Positions 9,590 to 19,428 of a stretch of DNA of 64,000 nucleotides are shown here, piece by piece. The DNA comes from Synechococcales cyanobacterium S06. GTDB taxonomy: Bacteria > Cyanobacteriota > Cyanobacteriia > Cyanobacteriales > JAABRE01. Position 1 is the first letter of the stretch; every line of letters begins with the position of its first letter. The notes under the pieces were generated by a model that did not search any database, had not been told where the DNA came from, and worked only from the letters and a program-made list of their open reading frames with translations. The stretch lies in NCBI GenBank assembly GCA_011391125.1, contig JAABRE010000015.1, positions 3,700-67,699 of the forward strand, given 5' to 3'. The translations under genes were made by a program, and so were the position numbers.

Positions 9590-11869
9590 TTAAAGTGATC
9601 GCCACAATTTCGCAGTATTATTATTTAAAGTAGCAAAGGTCTGACCATCTGAACTAAAAGACATTACCCTTACTTCTTCGTTAATACTGTGTAATTCTTC
9701 TCCTGTGGGAATGTACCAAAATTTAACGGTTTTGTCTCCATAACTGCAGGCTAAAATTTTGCCTTCGGGATGAATGGCGATCGTGATAATATTACTTTTA
9801 TGGTCTGAAAATGTCCTGATTTCTTCTTTGGTATTAATGTCCCATTGTATAATTAAATATTCTTTTACTCCAAATAATGTTTTACTATCTGGACTAAAAA
9901 TCCGAGAATTACCTTGATTTATGTTAGGAAAATATTTATCCACTGATTCATTAAAAGATGCTAAAACTTCACTTAAGTTAATATCTTCAGTAAATTTTCC
10001 AGAATTAAAATCATAAGTTTGAGTACATAAACATGGGGAAGGTTTTTTAAACAAAGGCCTCAGATAAAATCCTTTAAATTGTACTACGAAATATTTATGA
10101 TCCGAAGAAATAGTTGTTTCGCGACTTCTTATTACACTCATATTAATGTTTATTGGTGAGCTAATTCCCAATTTTCTAATAACATTTAAACCCTCTAAAT
10201 ATGGAATAATAATTTCCTTGTCTATTTCTTCCTGAGATTTAGGAGGAATTTCCTCTACTTCTTCCTCAATTTCTAATTCCTCAATGATTACAGGTTCAGA
10301 AACATTGAAAGTAACTTTCATACTATCTTCATAACCAAGAATTGTTAAGAGTTGATTTAATTTATTGATATATTCCTGATCACTGAAAATTAAATTATCT
10401 TCAATCATTGACAAAAGGTCATTTATGCTCACATCGCTGGTTACTTCATTGTCTAAAAGGTAACGTTGTTTTAGCCATAATTTCAGGGAATTAATGACTT
10501 GGGATTTTGCCCAATCTGCTTGGGAAATTTGCGCTAAATTTAAGGCAAAATCTAACAGTAAATCTGGTAATAAAACGCCGTAAATTTCCGCTAAACTTTC
10601 ATATAATTGGTCATAATAAACCTTAACAGATTCCATAATTTCCGTTAGTAAATCACCTTCCTTAATCTCCTTAATTAAATCAGGGATAAAAGTTGGTAAT
10701 AAAGGAGTTAATTGATATTCGCGAATAAAATATTCATCAGCAACCAAACCAGTAAAAATACTGTGATAAATGATCAGAAATTGTGCCAAATTTTCGTAAT
10801 CTTTTTTATTAACAAGATAAGTTAAATTAACCGTATTAATCCCAGCTAATTTAAACTTTTCCGCCTTCTTTAAAGTCGCTAAATTCTGTACATTATCACC
10901 ACCATAAACCAGATCAACGTCTGCGGGAGTTTCCCCTAATTCTATTAATTGATTTCTCGTTTTTTCCCATTCTAAAGCTCTTTCCTTAGCGGAATTAAAC
11001 AGTATTTCTTGATAGGATAAACGGGAAATAATCGGCCGATAATTATAATTTGCACCATTTTTAAACCATTGGGCAATCCTGAAATTGAGATAATCGCCAT
11101 CTATTTCTGATTCTAAAACCAAAGTTGGCTCAGTTTTTAACACACTAAATAAAGACTTGATACTGGCCTCACTGTGAAAAGATTTACTCGTCCACGCACC
11201 CGCTAAAAAGTCAATTTGTTGCTCATAAGTGGTATAATTTTGTAAAAATTGCCTTAAACCTTCCGCAATAGTTAACTCCAAATTTGGTAAATTATCATGG
11301 GGATTATTTTTATTTTGTAAACTTTCAAACTGCAATTTTGGCGGCGCAAAAAAGATGCGTAAAGGAGTAATTTTGCTCGGATTAGTATTAGTAATAATGT
11401 CAGAAGTTACCAACCAAATAGGAGAATTGTCTAATTTTTTCTGCTCCTCTAAAACCTTTAAAGAAGTTTGTCTTTGATAACTTAAAACCTGAGTTTGTAA
11501 CCTGTGATTTAATTCTAAAACCTGTAATTGTAGAGCTTTTTCCTCTTGAAAACGCCATTTTTCAAAATCTAATTTTTTCTCTAACCTAGCATTTTCAGCA
11601 GATTGAATATAATGTTGAATTTCCTTAGCTTTCTCGTGATTTACTTGTGCTAACTGAGATTGTAACTTAATATTATCTTGATGTTGCAAATATTGTAACT
11701 TCATTTGAGCAATTTGTAAATCTTCATAATCATCAGCCACATCCTCATTTTGACTTCTCATATCAAACGCCGTACTAGCAACATGAACTATTGCTCCAGC
11801 AGGACCACCAATAAAAGATTTAGCAGAATTAACAATCGCCTTACCAATACCACCAATCATATCCCACAT
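9590..11869 (-). CDS. orphan multidomain protein: Gly-rich N-terminus, coiled coil, unknown central region, acidic linker, partial WD40 C-terminus
   Basis: 759-aa uninterrupted ORF. The C-terminus carries WD-like blades (GDKTVKFWYIPTGEE, NNTAKLWRSL). The N-terminus is GGIGKAIVNSAKSFIGGPAGAIV, followed by a Q/L/E/K-rich heptad-like stretch. Confidence 0.75.
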   Translation of the reverse strand: MWDMIGGIGKAIVNSAKSFIGGPAGAIVHVASTAFDMRSQNEDVADDYEDLQIAQMKLQYLQHQDNIKLQSQLAQVNHEKAKEIQHYIQSAENARLEKKLDFEKWRFQEEKALQLQVLELNHRLQTQVLSYQRQTSLKVLEEQKKLDNSPIWLVTSDIITNTNPSKITPLRIFFAPPKLQFESLQNKNNPHDNLPNLELTIAEGLRQFLQNYTTYEQQIDFLAGAWTSKSFHSEASIKSLFSVLKTEPTLVLESEIDGDYLNFRIAQWFKNGANYNYRPIISRLSYQEILFNSAKERALEWEKTRNQLIELGETPADVDLVYGGDNVQNLATLKKAEKFKLAGINTVNLTYLVNKKDYENLAQFLIIYHSIFTGLVADEYFIREYQLTPLLPTFIPDLIKEIKEGDLLTEIMESVKVYYDQLYESLAEIYGVLLPDLLLDFALNLAQISQADWAKSQVINSLKLWLKQRYLLDNEVTSDVSINDLLSMIEDNLIFSDQEYINKLNQLLTILGYEDSMKVTFNVSEPVIIEELEIEEEVEEIPPKSQEEIDKEIIIPYLEGLNVIRKLGISSPININMSVIRSRETTISSDHKYFVVQFKGFYLRPLFKKPSPCLCTQTYDFNSGKFTEDINLSEVLASFNESVDKYFPNINQGNSRIFSPDSKTLFGVKEYLIIQWDINTKEEIRTFSDHKSNIITIAIHPEGKILACSYGDKTVKFWYIPTGEELHSINEEVRVMSFSSDGQTFATLNNNTAKLWRSL

Positions 11870-11968
11870 AAAAATTAGGCCCTTTTTATTAAAATTAAAT
11901 ATTTAATATTTAATGATTGATTATACACTGTTAATTATATTTAAGCGCTAAAATATTTATTAAGCAAC

Positions 11969-12086
11969 TTTGCGTGAGACAAAACCCCTGGCCTATGATA
12001 CCAACAGAAAACCCCCTTAGCGCCTTTGCGTCTTTGCGTGAGACAAAACCCCTGGCCTATGATACCAACAGAAAACCCCCTTAGCG
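11969..12086. repeat. two direct copies of a 54-bp unit (11969-12022 and 12033-12086) joined by CTTTGCG-type short repeats
   Basis: Direct reading. The related CTTTGCG run recurs at about 49722-49750. Confidence 0.8.
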
Positions 12087-12230
12087 TGAGACACCAACCC
12101 AGGCTTATATGAAAAAAATCAATAAACATAATTATAATTTATCCCCTTACAATTGGAGATTAATTAAGTAGAAATAGATTGGGGTTAGAAAGCGGATTTT
12201 TTAAAAAAATCCGCTTTCTGGATGTTATAT

Positions 12231-12512
12231 TTAATTAGATTGACGACACTTTTTAACCATGTTAATTAAAGTTTGGTGTGCATCTTCAGAATCTTGTAAA
12301 ACGTGGTCAAAAGTAATTCTAATCTGCCTATTTTCGCCCTTAATAATAGTAGTTAAATCCATTCCTTCGGGGTCAATAAAAAGCATTTTCGCCGACTCAG
12401 AATCGGGGGAATTACCGAATATTTTAGCATAAAGTAAGACAGCTTCGCCGTGATCATCATTCATGTGTTTACAAATGCGATCGCTAATAGCGGGAGTAAT
12501 TAAATCAGCCAT
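12231..12512 (-). CDS. DUF2470-like small protein (haem-utilisation / GluTR-binding-protein-like fold)
   Basis: 93-aa ORF with N-terminal ...ICKHMNDDHGEAVLLYAK..., which resembles DUF2470. Recognition by eye only. Confidence 0.6.
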   Translation of the reverse strand: MADLITPAISDRICKHMNDDHGEAVLLYAKIFGNSPDSESAKMLFIDPEGMDLTTIIKGENRQIRITFDHVLQDSEDAHQTLINMVKKCRQSN

Positions 12513-12515
12513 ATT

Positions 12516-13289
12516 TCAACCTAAATTATCAAGAAAATAACGACAAAATGATAGCACCTTTTGGGGATCATTTGTTTGGTTTGGATAAGTAATTTTAGGA
12601 CGAGCAATAATAATCAAAGTAACCCCTAATTCTTGAGCTAAAATAGCCTTAATTTCCTCACCTCCTGCTTTACCTGAAGCTTTCGTCACAACCGTGTTAA
12701 TTTGCCATTGTTGCCATAAAGCGCGTTCTAAATTAAGATTAAGAGGAGGCCGAAAAGCAATCAGGCGATCGTTGGTAAAACCGCTATCTAAAGCAACCTG
12801 TAAAGAGTTAAGATTTGGTAAAATACGAGCAAATAAAGAAGCTTGTGAATGATAAGTTTTAAATAAGGGTAAATTTTGGTAACCAATTGTTAATAAAACT
12901 CGTTGTTTTAAGAGATAATTACTATTAATTAAACTAGAAAAACTATCTAACTCAAAAATTTTTGGGTGATCAAATTGCTCATAAATTGGACGTTCAAAAC
13001 GCAGATAAGGAAGATGATTAGAAGTAGTAAAATTAATTACATTTTGGGAAATTTCCACCGCAAAAGGATGACTGGCATCAATAATAACCCCAATCTGATA
13101 TAATTGTAAAAAATTAGCAATTTGTGAAGCTTGTATTTTTCCTGATTTAACTTCCAAAAAAGGTGTTTTTGGATAAAGTAATTGAGCTTCTGGGGTGGTA
13201 ACAGTTACCAAACAGGGTAACTTAGCTTGAACTAATAAAGTAGCCAAAATCACACTGTCTGAAGTACCACCAATTAACCAGATTTTCAC
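12516..13289 (-). CDS. cobK: precorrin-6A / cobalt-precorrin-6A reductase
   Basis: 257 aa. The N-terminal MKIWLIGGTSDS motif and the overall length are typical of CobK/CbiJ. Confidence 0.8.
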   Translation of the reverse strand: MKIWLIGGTSDSVILATLLVQAKLPCLVTVTTPEAQLLYPKTPFLEVKSGKIQASQIANFLQLYQIGVIIDASHPFAVEISQNVINFTTSNHLPYLRFERPIYEQFDHPKIFELDSFSSLINSNYLLKQRVLLTIGYQNLPLFKTYHSQASLFARILPNLNSLQVALDSGFTNDRLIAFRPPLNLNLERALWQQWQINTVVTKASGKAGGEEIKAILAQELGVTLIIIARPKITYPNQTNDPQKVLSFCRYFLDNLG

Positions 13290-13293
13290 CGTT

Positions 13294-13488
13294 TTATCTA
13301 CCTTTTAAAGCTTTCTGAAAATTATCACGATAGCTGGGATTTATGACAAATAAAACCGGCCAGAGAAGAGATAATTTAAGACGATTAGGTAATTCACGAT
13401 TGAAATTAGTACAGTTAAAACCCTGCCAAAATTTCCAAATTCCCACAATGTAAACAACAAACAGAACAACAGGCAATAATTTGATCAT
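13294..13488 (-). CDS. hypothetical small membrane protein
   Basis: 64-aa ORF with one hydrophobic helix, lying 4 nt upstream of cobK on the same strand. Confidence 0.4.
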   Translation of the reverse strand: MIKLLPVVLFVVYIVGIWKFWQGFNCTNFNRELPNRLKLSLLWPVLFVINPSYRDNFQKALKGR

Positions 13489-13608
13489 AATGAAAGTAAC
13501 CGAATTGATAATTGATAGTTGATAGTTAATCTATGTTCTCCTGACTGCTTTCTATTATGCAATATTAGAAAAGATTATCTAAAATAAACTTAAATTTAAG
13601 GAGAAATT

Positions 13609-16131
13609 ATGCGCGCAGTGTTGATGGCTGGAGGATCAGGGACTAGATTACGTCCTCTAACTTGTGATTTACCGAAACCCATGGTTCCGATTTTAAACAA
13701 ACCGATCGCCGAACATATTATCAACTTACTCAAACGCCACGATATTACCGAGGTAATTGCTACTTTACACTATTTACCCGATGTGATGCGGGATTATTTC
13801 CAAAATGGTGGGCAATTTGGGGTACAAATGACCTATGCAGTGGAAGAAGAACAACCTTTAGGAACAGCTGGTTGTGTAAAAAACATTGAAGAATTGCTTG
13901 ATGACACATTTTTGGTGATTAGTGGTGATAGTATCACGGATTTTGACTTGACGGCGGCGATCGCCTTTCACAAAGAAAAACAGGCCAAAGCCACCTTAGT
14001 GCTAACGAGAGTACCGAATCCCGTGGATTTTGGGGTGGTGATCACGGATTCCGAGCAACGAATTACCCGATTCTTGGAGAAACCTTCCACCAGCGAAATT
14101 TTTTCGGACACAGTTAATACAGGTATTTATATTCTCGAACCAGAAGTTTTAGCCTATCTCCCTGCCAACGAAGAAAAGGACTTTTCCCAAGATTTATTCC
14201 CCTTATTATTAGCGAAAAAAGAGCCCCTCTATGGTTTTATCGCCGAAGGATACTGGTGTGATGTGGGTCATTTAGATGCTTACCGAGAAGCGCAATATGA
14301 CGCATTAGAAGGCAAAGTAATCACGGATTTTCCCGATGAAGAAAAATGGCCCAGAATTTGGGTGGGTAAAAACACTTATATTGATCCGAGTGTCAAAATT
14401 GAAGCACCGGTGTTAATTGGTACTAATTCCCGTATCGGTCCGCGAACCAACATTGAAAGAGGCACGGTCATTGGTGATAATGTCACCATTGGTGCAGATG
14501 CCGACTTAAAACGGCCGATTATCTGGAATGGTGCGATGATTGGAGACGATACCCATTTAGAGGCCTGTGTGATTGCGAGGGGGACCAGAGTTGATCGTCG
14601 CGCCCATGTAATGGAAGGGGCGATTATTGGTCCGTTATCCACAGTAGGGGAAGAAGCACAAATTAGTCCCAACGTCAGGGTTTGGCCGAGTAAACGCATT
14701 GAATCCGGGGCAATTTTAAACATCAATTTAATTTGGGGAAATACTGCTCAAAGAAATTTATTCGGTCAAAGGGGAGTCACGGGTTTAGCCAATATTGACA
14801 TTACCCCCGAATTTGCCGTTAAATTAGGAGCGGCCTACGGTTCAACATTAAAACCAGGGGTGCAAGTTTTAGTATCAAGGGATCAACGCAGCGTGTCTCG
14901 GATGGTTAGTCGTTCGTTGATTGCCGGTTTAATGTCAGCAGGGATCAACATTCAAAATCTTGATTCCACGGCCATTCCCATTGCTCGAAGTATGGCTGCT
15001 AGTTTAGATGTCGCAGGTGGTATTCATGTTAGATTACATCCAGATCGCCCGGATTACATTTTAATTGAATTTTTGGATAAACAGGGAATTAATATTTCCA
15101 AGGCCAAAGAGAAAAAAATTGAGGGAACATATTTTAAAGAAGATCTGCGTCGAGTTTCCGTTAGTGAAATAGGTAACGTTTCCTACGCTTCAGGGGTGAT
15201 GGATCTTTACAGCGAAAGCTTTGAAAAGCACCTCAACGTAGAAGCATTGCGCAGAAGTGCGGCGAAAATTGTGATCGATTATGTGTATGCGGTATCAGGT
15301 GCAGTTTTACCCCAACTTTTGGCCAAATTTGATTGTGATGCGGTAGTATTAAATGCTAGTCTCAATCAAAATTCCCTTTCCACGGACCAAAGAGAACACC
15401 TGTTAACTCAATTAGGGCACGTAGTGGAAGCGTTAAAAGCGAACATGGGAGTACAAGTTTCAGCCAACGGGGAACAACTAATCCTTGTTGATGAATCTGG
15501 TTGGGCTATTCGGGATGAACAATTAACCGCTTTAATGGTGAATACCATTCTCACTTCTTACCCCAGAAGTACGGTGGTTGTACCAGTTCACGCTTCTTCG
15601 GCCGTCGAACAAATAGCCCGTCGTCATGACTCGCGAGTCATTCGGACAAAAGCGAATCCGACGGCCTTGATGGAAGCAACACAACATTATGATGTGGTAT
15701 TGGGAGGTAGTGGAGAAATGGGCTTTATTTTCCCCCAACTTCACCCCGGTTTTGACGCGATGTTTACCATCGCCAAATTAATCGAAATGTTGACTATCCA
15801 GGGGAGATCCCTCGCCGAAATTAGAAATGATTTGCCCAAAGTCTATCATAAATCCCATACCATGCGTTGTCCTTGGAGTGTCAAAGGTTCTTTAATGCGT
15901 CATTTAGTGGAAACCCATCCCACGGAAAATCTGGAATTAATTGACGGTGTAAAAATTATTGATCATCATAGCGACAATTGGCTTTTGATTCTGCCGGATG
16001 GAGGCGATCCCTTTGTGCATATTTACGCCAATAGTAATGACCGAGATTGGGTGGAACAGGCACTTTGGGATTACCGTCAACGTGTTCAAGATTTCATTGA
16101 TCAAGAACTCGAAGTTTCCAACAAAAGTTAG
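13609..16131 (+). CDS. bifunctional-type sugar-phosphate nucleotidyltransferase / phosphohexomutase-like protein
   Basis: N-terminal [11 protein letters not shown] nucleotidyltransferase motif, a left-handed beta-helix hexapeptide region, and a C-terminal PGM/PMM-like half. 840 aa. Confidence 0.85.
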   Translation: MRAVLMAGGSGTRLRPLTCDLPKPMVPILNKPIAEHIINLLKRHDITEVIATLHYLPDVMRDYFQNGGQFGVQMTYAVEEEQPLGTAGCVKNIEELLDDTFLVISGDSITDFDLTAAIAFHKEKQAKATLVLTRVPNPVDFGVVITDSEQRITRFLEKPSTSEIFSDTVNTGIYILEPEVLAYLPANEEKDFSQDLFPLLLAKKEPLYGFIAEGYWCDVGHLDAYREAQYDALEGKVITDFPDEEKWPRIWVGKNTYIDPSVKIEAPVLIGTNSRIGPRTNIERGTVIGDNVTIGADADLKRPIIWNGAMIGDDTHLEACVIARGTRVDRRAHVMEGAIIGPLSTVGEEAQISPNVRVWPSKRIESGAILNINLIWGNTAQRNLFGQRGVTGLANIDITPEFAVKLGAAYGSTLKPGVQVLVSRDQRSVSRMVSRSLIAGLMSAGINIQNLDSTAIPIARSMAASLDVAGGIHVRLHPDRPDYILIEFLDKQGINISKAKEKKIEGTYFKEDLRRVSVSEIGNVSYASGVMDLYSESFEKHLNVEALRRSAAKIVIDYVYAVSGAVLPQLLAKFDCDAVVLNASLNQNSLSTDQREHLLTQLGHVVEALKANMGVQVSANGEQLILVDESGWAIRDEQLTALMVNTILTSYPRSTVVVPVHASSAVEQIARRHDSRVIRTKANPTALMEATQHYDVVLGGSGEMGFIFPQLHPGFDAMFTIAKLIEMLTIQGRSLAEIRNDLPKVYHKSHTMRCPWSVKGSLMRHLVETHPTENLELIDGVKIIDHHSDNWLLILPDGGDPFVHIYANSNDRDWVEQALWDYRQRVQDFIDQELEVSNKS

Positions 16132-16204
16132 GCAAAAATATTTGTCAATTGTCACAATCCTGATCTATCATTGTTTTATAAAGCAAAAAGGAGACTCAAT
16201 CAAG

Positions 16205-16669
16205 ATGAATAGTTGTATTTTAATGGCCAAAATAGTGACTAATCCGGAGTTGCGTTATACCCCAGATCAGTTAGCTTTAGCGAGTATGTTGGTGGAATTT
16301 TCCGGTGTTGGTCCTAATGATCCACCTGGAACGATGAAAGCAGTGGGTTTTGGCAATTTGGCCACAGAAATTCAGCAAAATTACCATGAAGGTGAACAGG
16401 TAATTATTCAAGGCCGATTAAGAATGAATACCATTGATAGACAAGAAGGTTTTAAGGAAAAAAAAGCGGAATTGACCATTTCCCATCTTTATAAAGTTGG
16501 TTCTCTTCATGAAAATTCTCCCTCATCTAATCCCGTGTCTTCGGGAAGTCCGAATAATGTTGTACCAATTAACCGTACAAGTTCACCGTCTTATGGTGAC
16601 AACAATAGTTATGATGATGAATTTCATGAAGAAGGAACTAAGGGTAATTTAGATGATATTCCCTTTTAA
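16205..16669 (+). CDS. ssb: single-stranded DNA-binding protein
   Basis: OB-fold N-terminus MNSCILMAKIVTNPELRYTP, a low-complexity tail and the canonical acidic tip DDIPF. AAGGAG lies upstream of the ATG at 16205. The longer ORF from 15998 overlaps the preceding gene and is rejected. Confidence 0.85.
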   Translation: MNSCILMAKIVTNPELRYTPDQLALASMLVEFSGVGPNDPPGTMKAVGFGNLATEIQQNYHEGEQVIIQGRLRMNTIDRQEGFKEKKAELTISHLYKVGSLHENSPSSNPVSSGSPNNVVPINRTSSPSYGDNNSYDDEFHEEGTKGNLDDIPF

Positions 16670-16704
16670 TATAGGGCATTTTCATTCTCGTTGGTGAAAA
16701 CGGT

Positions 16705-16875
16705 GGGGAATTAGGGTATTGGGGGATTGGGGAACTAAAGTGGGGGTGTTAGGGTTTTGGGGAATTGGGGAGAACTGGAATGAAAGCTAACTCCCGCGCC
16801 TCCCTATTCTTCTAACTCCCTAACTCCCTAACTCCCTAAATCCCTAGAAAAGTAGGGTATTGGGGGATTGGGGAG
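16705..16875. repeat. G-tract block / C-tract block / G-tract block
   Basis: 16705-16770 has nine runs of 3 or more G separated by 2-9 nt (GGGGAATTAGGGTATTGGGGGATTGGGG...). 16791-16846 is its C-rich counterpart, including (TAACTCCC)3. 16852-16875 repeats AGGGTATTGGGGGATTGGGGA. Confidence 0.85.
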
Positions 16876-17022
16876 ATTTTTCACTCTCGGATTTTCAATC
16901 ATAATTAAAAGTCATAAAATTCTCAATTTGTGGCTATAAATTCTCAAAAAAGATTGCTTATTGACTGTTTATCGTTCCTTGTTCAAAATAAAAAATTCAG
17001 AATGAAAACACCAGGCTTTTAA

Positions 17023-17125
17023 TATAGCAATCCTATTGAAATTGTGGGCCAGACGTTGCATGCAACGTCTCTACCGTAAAAGGTTAGTGAAAACAATTTT
17101 TTACAACCTATTTAGGATTGCTATA
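17023..17125. mobile_element. MITE, TATAGCAATCCTA-terminus family, containing a palindromic core
   Basis: Termini are TATAGCAATCCTA (17023-17035) and TAGGATTGCTATA (17113-17125). The core is AGACGTTGCATGCAACGTCTCTAC. It is an inverted copy of the element at 40405..40506 and ends 2 nt from the stop of the adjacent gene. Confidence 0.8.
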
Positions 17126-17126
17126 G

Positions 17127-18626
17127 TTAATTCTCTGGTTTTTTCTCCTCAGAAACTGGAGTTAAATCTGGTTTTTTCTCCTCAGAAACTGGAGTTAAAT
17201 CTGGTTTTTTCTCCTCAGAAACGGTGGAATTAACAGGGTTTAAATCTGGTTTTTTCTCCTCAGAAACGGTGGAATTAACAGGGTTTAAATCTGGTTTTTT
17301 CTCCTCAGAAACGGTGGAATTAACAGGGTTTAAATCTGGTTTTTTCTCCTCAGAAGGTTTAACCGATTGAGGAATATTATCAAGGAGGGGAGGAGTCGTA
17401 TTATTATTAGTTGACTGGGAATGTTTTTGATTAGCAGGTGGTAGTTGTTCAGGACAAATATTCTGATTATAAGCAAAATCAACGGTCACTAAATAGGGTT
17501 TAGGATTATCTTTTTTAAACTCATAAAAAGATATCTCAAATCGGGCATTTTCGTTAAAAATGGGGTATTCTGCACTTTTTATTAATTGTAAACTGGTTGG
17601 TTCACCCTGGCCGTTGACCAATACTCCATAGGTTGTACTACCTTCCAACTTTTGTAAACAAGCATCTTTGGGATACTTCCCTTTCAAGGTTAATTTTTCT
17701 GGTTCAACCTGATTAATCGTAATCAACCAATTGAGATAATTGGTGGTTGCTTCCTTGTCTGAAGTATTATTCGTATTTTTTGCCAATGCAGCGGCTCGTT
17801 GTTGAAGTTCCGTTCGGGCATTTTCCTGAGCCATGGCTAATAAATCCTGTTCCGAAGGGGGATTAATGTCTTGTTTCCCCGTGGGTGGTAAAAGGGGAAA
17901 TTCCCTGACATTAACGGGGTTTGGGGGGATTTCTGGGTCTTTTGGGGGTAATTTGGTTTCGGGATTCGGATTTTGATTAACTGGAGCATTGGAAAATTCC
18001 CTCAAAATATCGTTGGTACTACGAAGGGGAATTGAGTTAAGATCAACATTCATCTCGGTTTCGATTTCCTGTTGAGTTTCTAATTGTCTTTTTAATTCTT
18101 GTAAATCATCTTTCTGTGGTAGCGCTGGACTATTGTCAGATGGTTCATCAAAAGGCGGATTATTCAAAAGAGGAGGGGGAATGGGTACAGTTTTCGCAAC
18201 CGGTAACTCTTTAATCGCAGGAATTTCGGGGATTTCTGAGATTTCTGGTTTTTGATTGGTTTTATCAGCCAAGTCAGGAGGCAAAAATAAGGAAGTCGTG
18301 GGAAGAGGAGGAAGAGGAGTGGGAGTCGCCGGAAAAGGCAAAGCAAGCGCCGTTTCTAAGATGGGTGTGTTAGGGAGAGGTGTATTGGGAAATTCTGGCA
18401 CTTGAGTTGGTTTGGGCGACAAGTCCGGTAACCGTGCGACTTCTGTGTCGTTTAATTGTACAATGGGGACTGGATTTGTTTTAATATTTTTGTTTTCTAC
18501 CGAAAAGAGGGGCAAATTTGGGACAGCAAATAAAGCTCCATGACCAACCAAGGAAGCGATAATTCCTAGAATTGTACTAATAGGAATCTGATTAGAAAAA
18601 GAGGATTTTAAAGATAAATCAGACAT
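17127..18626 (-). CDS. proline-rich membrane-anchored protein, TonB-like architecture, with a tandem-repeat C-terminal tail
   Basis: One N-terminal TM helix, a long Pro-rich spacer, and a globular C-terminal-like region. The extreme C-terminus has three copies of a 15-aa unit and two of an 11-aa unit (SEEKKPDL...). The TonB assignment is architectural only. Confidence 0.6.
   Translation of the reverse strand: MSDLSLKSSFSNQIPISTILGIIASLVGHGALFAVPNLPLFSVENKNIKTNPVPIVQLNDTEVARLPDLSPKPTQVPEFPNTPLPNTPILETALALPFPATPTPLPPLPTTSLFLPPDLADKTNQKPEISEIPEIPAIKELPVAKTVPIPPPLLNNPPFDEPSDNSPALPQKDDLQELKRQLETQQEIETEMNVDLNSIPLRSTNDILREFSNAPVNQNPNPETKLPPKDPEIPPNPVNVREFPLLPPTGKQDINPPSEQDLLAMAQENARTELQQRAAALAKNTNNTSDKEATTNYLNWLITINQVEPEKLTLKGKYPKDACLQKLEGSTTYGVLVNGQGEPTSLQLIKSAEYPIFNENARFEISFYEFKKDNPKPYLVTVDFAYNQNICPEQLPPANQKHSQSTNNNTTPPLLDNIPQSVKPSEEKKPDLNPVNSTVSEEKKPDLNPVNSTVSEEKKPDLNPVNSTVSEEKKPDLTPVSEEKKPDLTPVSEEKKPEN
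17134..17356. repeat. perfect coding tandem repeats (2 x 33 nt, then 3 x 45 nt, plus a partial unit)
   Basis: Direct reading of TCTGGTTTTTTCTCCTCAGAAAC... units. All unit lengths are multiples of 3. Confidence 0.9.
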
Positions 18627-18721
18627 AAGGAATAGTTGATAGTTAACCTAAAATAGTTGATAGTTTTTTATAATTATTAATTATTGATGATCCATGATCA
18701 AGGATAAACTTTATTTTGGAT

Positions 18722-19195
18722 TTATGAGTTACCAGGATTGAGCCAAATCATTTCCCATGTGACATAAGTTCCGATGGGACTCCATAATAGATAGGGTAAC
18801 AGAAATAAGCTGCTCGTCGCCGATTGTTTGAACACCATTATAGCTAAAATTAATCCGAAGATAAATCCTGCTCCGCCGATGATTGTACCAACGGTTAAAC
18901 TACGCATTTTACACATGACGGGAGTATAAGCCAAGATGGCAAATTCAAGTAGTAAATAAAATACCATGAATCGCCAAGTTTCCCACGTATTTGGTTTAAT
19001 TTTCCAGATTAAATAGGCCGAGTATGAACCACAAGTAAAAATGAAGATCCAAATGAAAGGAATTAATATTTCAAATGTTAGCCATTTTGGTCTTTTTAAG
19101 CGAAAAAACCAGTTTCTTTCTTCGGGGGAAAGTCGATTAGTAATAAAGACAATTGAGAAGGAAATTACGAAGATAATTAGCCAAGAAGGTATCAT
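18722..19195 (-). CDS. TspO/MBR (tryptophan-rich sensory protein) family membrane protein
   Basis: 157 aa with five hydrophobic segments. The W..LKRPKW motif and the C-terminal PYLLWSPIGTYVTWEMIWLN resemble TspO. Confidence 0.55.
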   Translation of the reverse strand: MIPSWLIIFVISFSIVFITNRLSPEERNWFFRLKRPKWLTFEILIPFIWIFIFTCGSYSAYLIWKIKPNTWETWRFMVFYLLLEFAILAYTPVMCKMRSLTVGTIIGGAGFIFGLILAIMVFKQSATSSLFLLPYLLWSPIGTYVTWEMIWLNPGNS

Positions 19196-19428
19196 ATTTT
19201 ATTTTCTCACGCCAAGGTGCTCCAGAAGCAAAGGGGTTTTTGGGGGTTTGTTTCCTAACTTATTTTAAGAAAGGAGATTTTTTGCTAATTTGTTTGCTCT
19301 TTTAATGATTTTATCAATTATTTGATAAATATCGTATCCTATTTTAAACTAGATTCAAAAGTTAAATTTAAGAACAGATAAACTTGGTAAAAGTACAGAA
19401 ATTATTTAAACAATGAGGACATTAAATT

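Noticed and set aside
11941-12129. 62-aa ORF upstream of the WD40 gene; also 17036-17233 and 50860-51120
   Set aside because: They are composed almost entirely of direct-repeat or MITE sequence (54-bp units, the palindromic MITE plus tandem repeats, and the 134-bp MITE respectively).
15998-16204. N-terminal extension of the ssb ORF (223-aa model)
   Set aside because: The extension overlaps the 3' end of the preceding 840-aa gene in another frame. The conserved SSB N-terminus starts at the ATG at 16205, which has an AAGGAG upstream.
17134-17356. Possible CRISPR array (regular direct repeats); the heptamer arrays were also considered
   Set aside because: The units are contiguous with no unique spacers. 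The periods are 33/45 nt in frame within a CDS, or 7 nt. No cas genes are present in the window.
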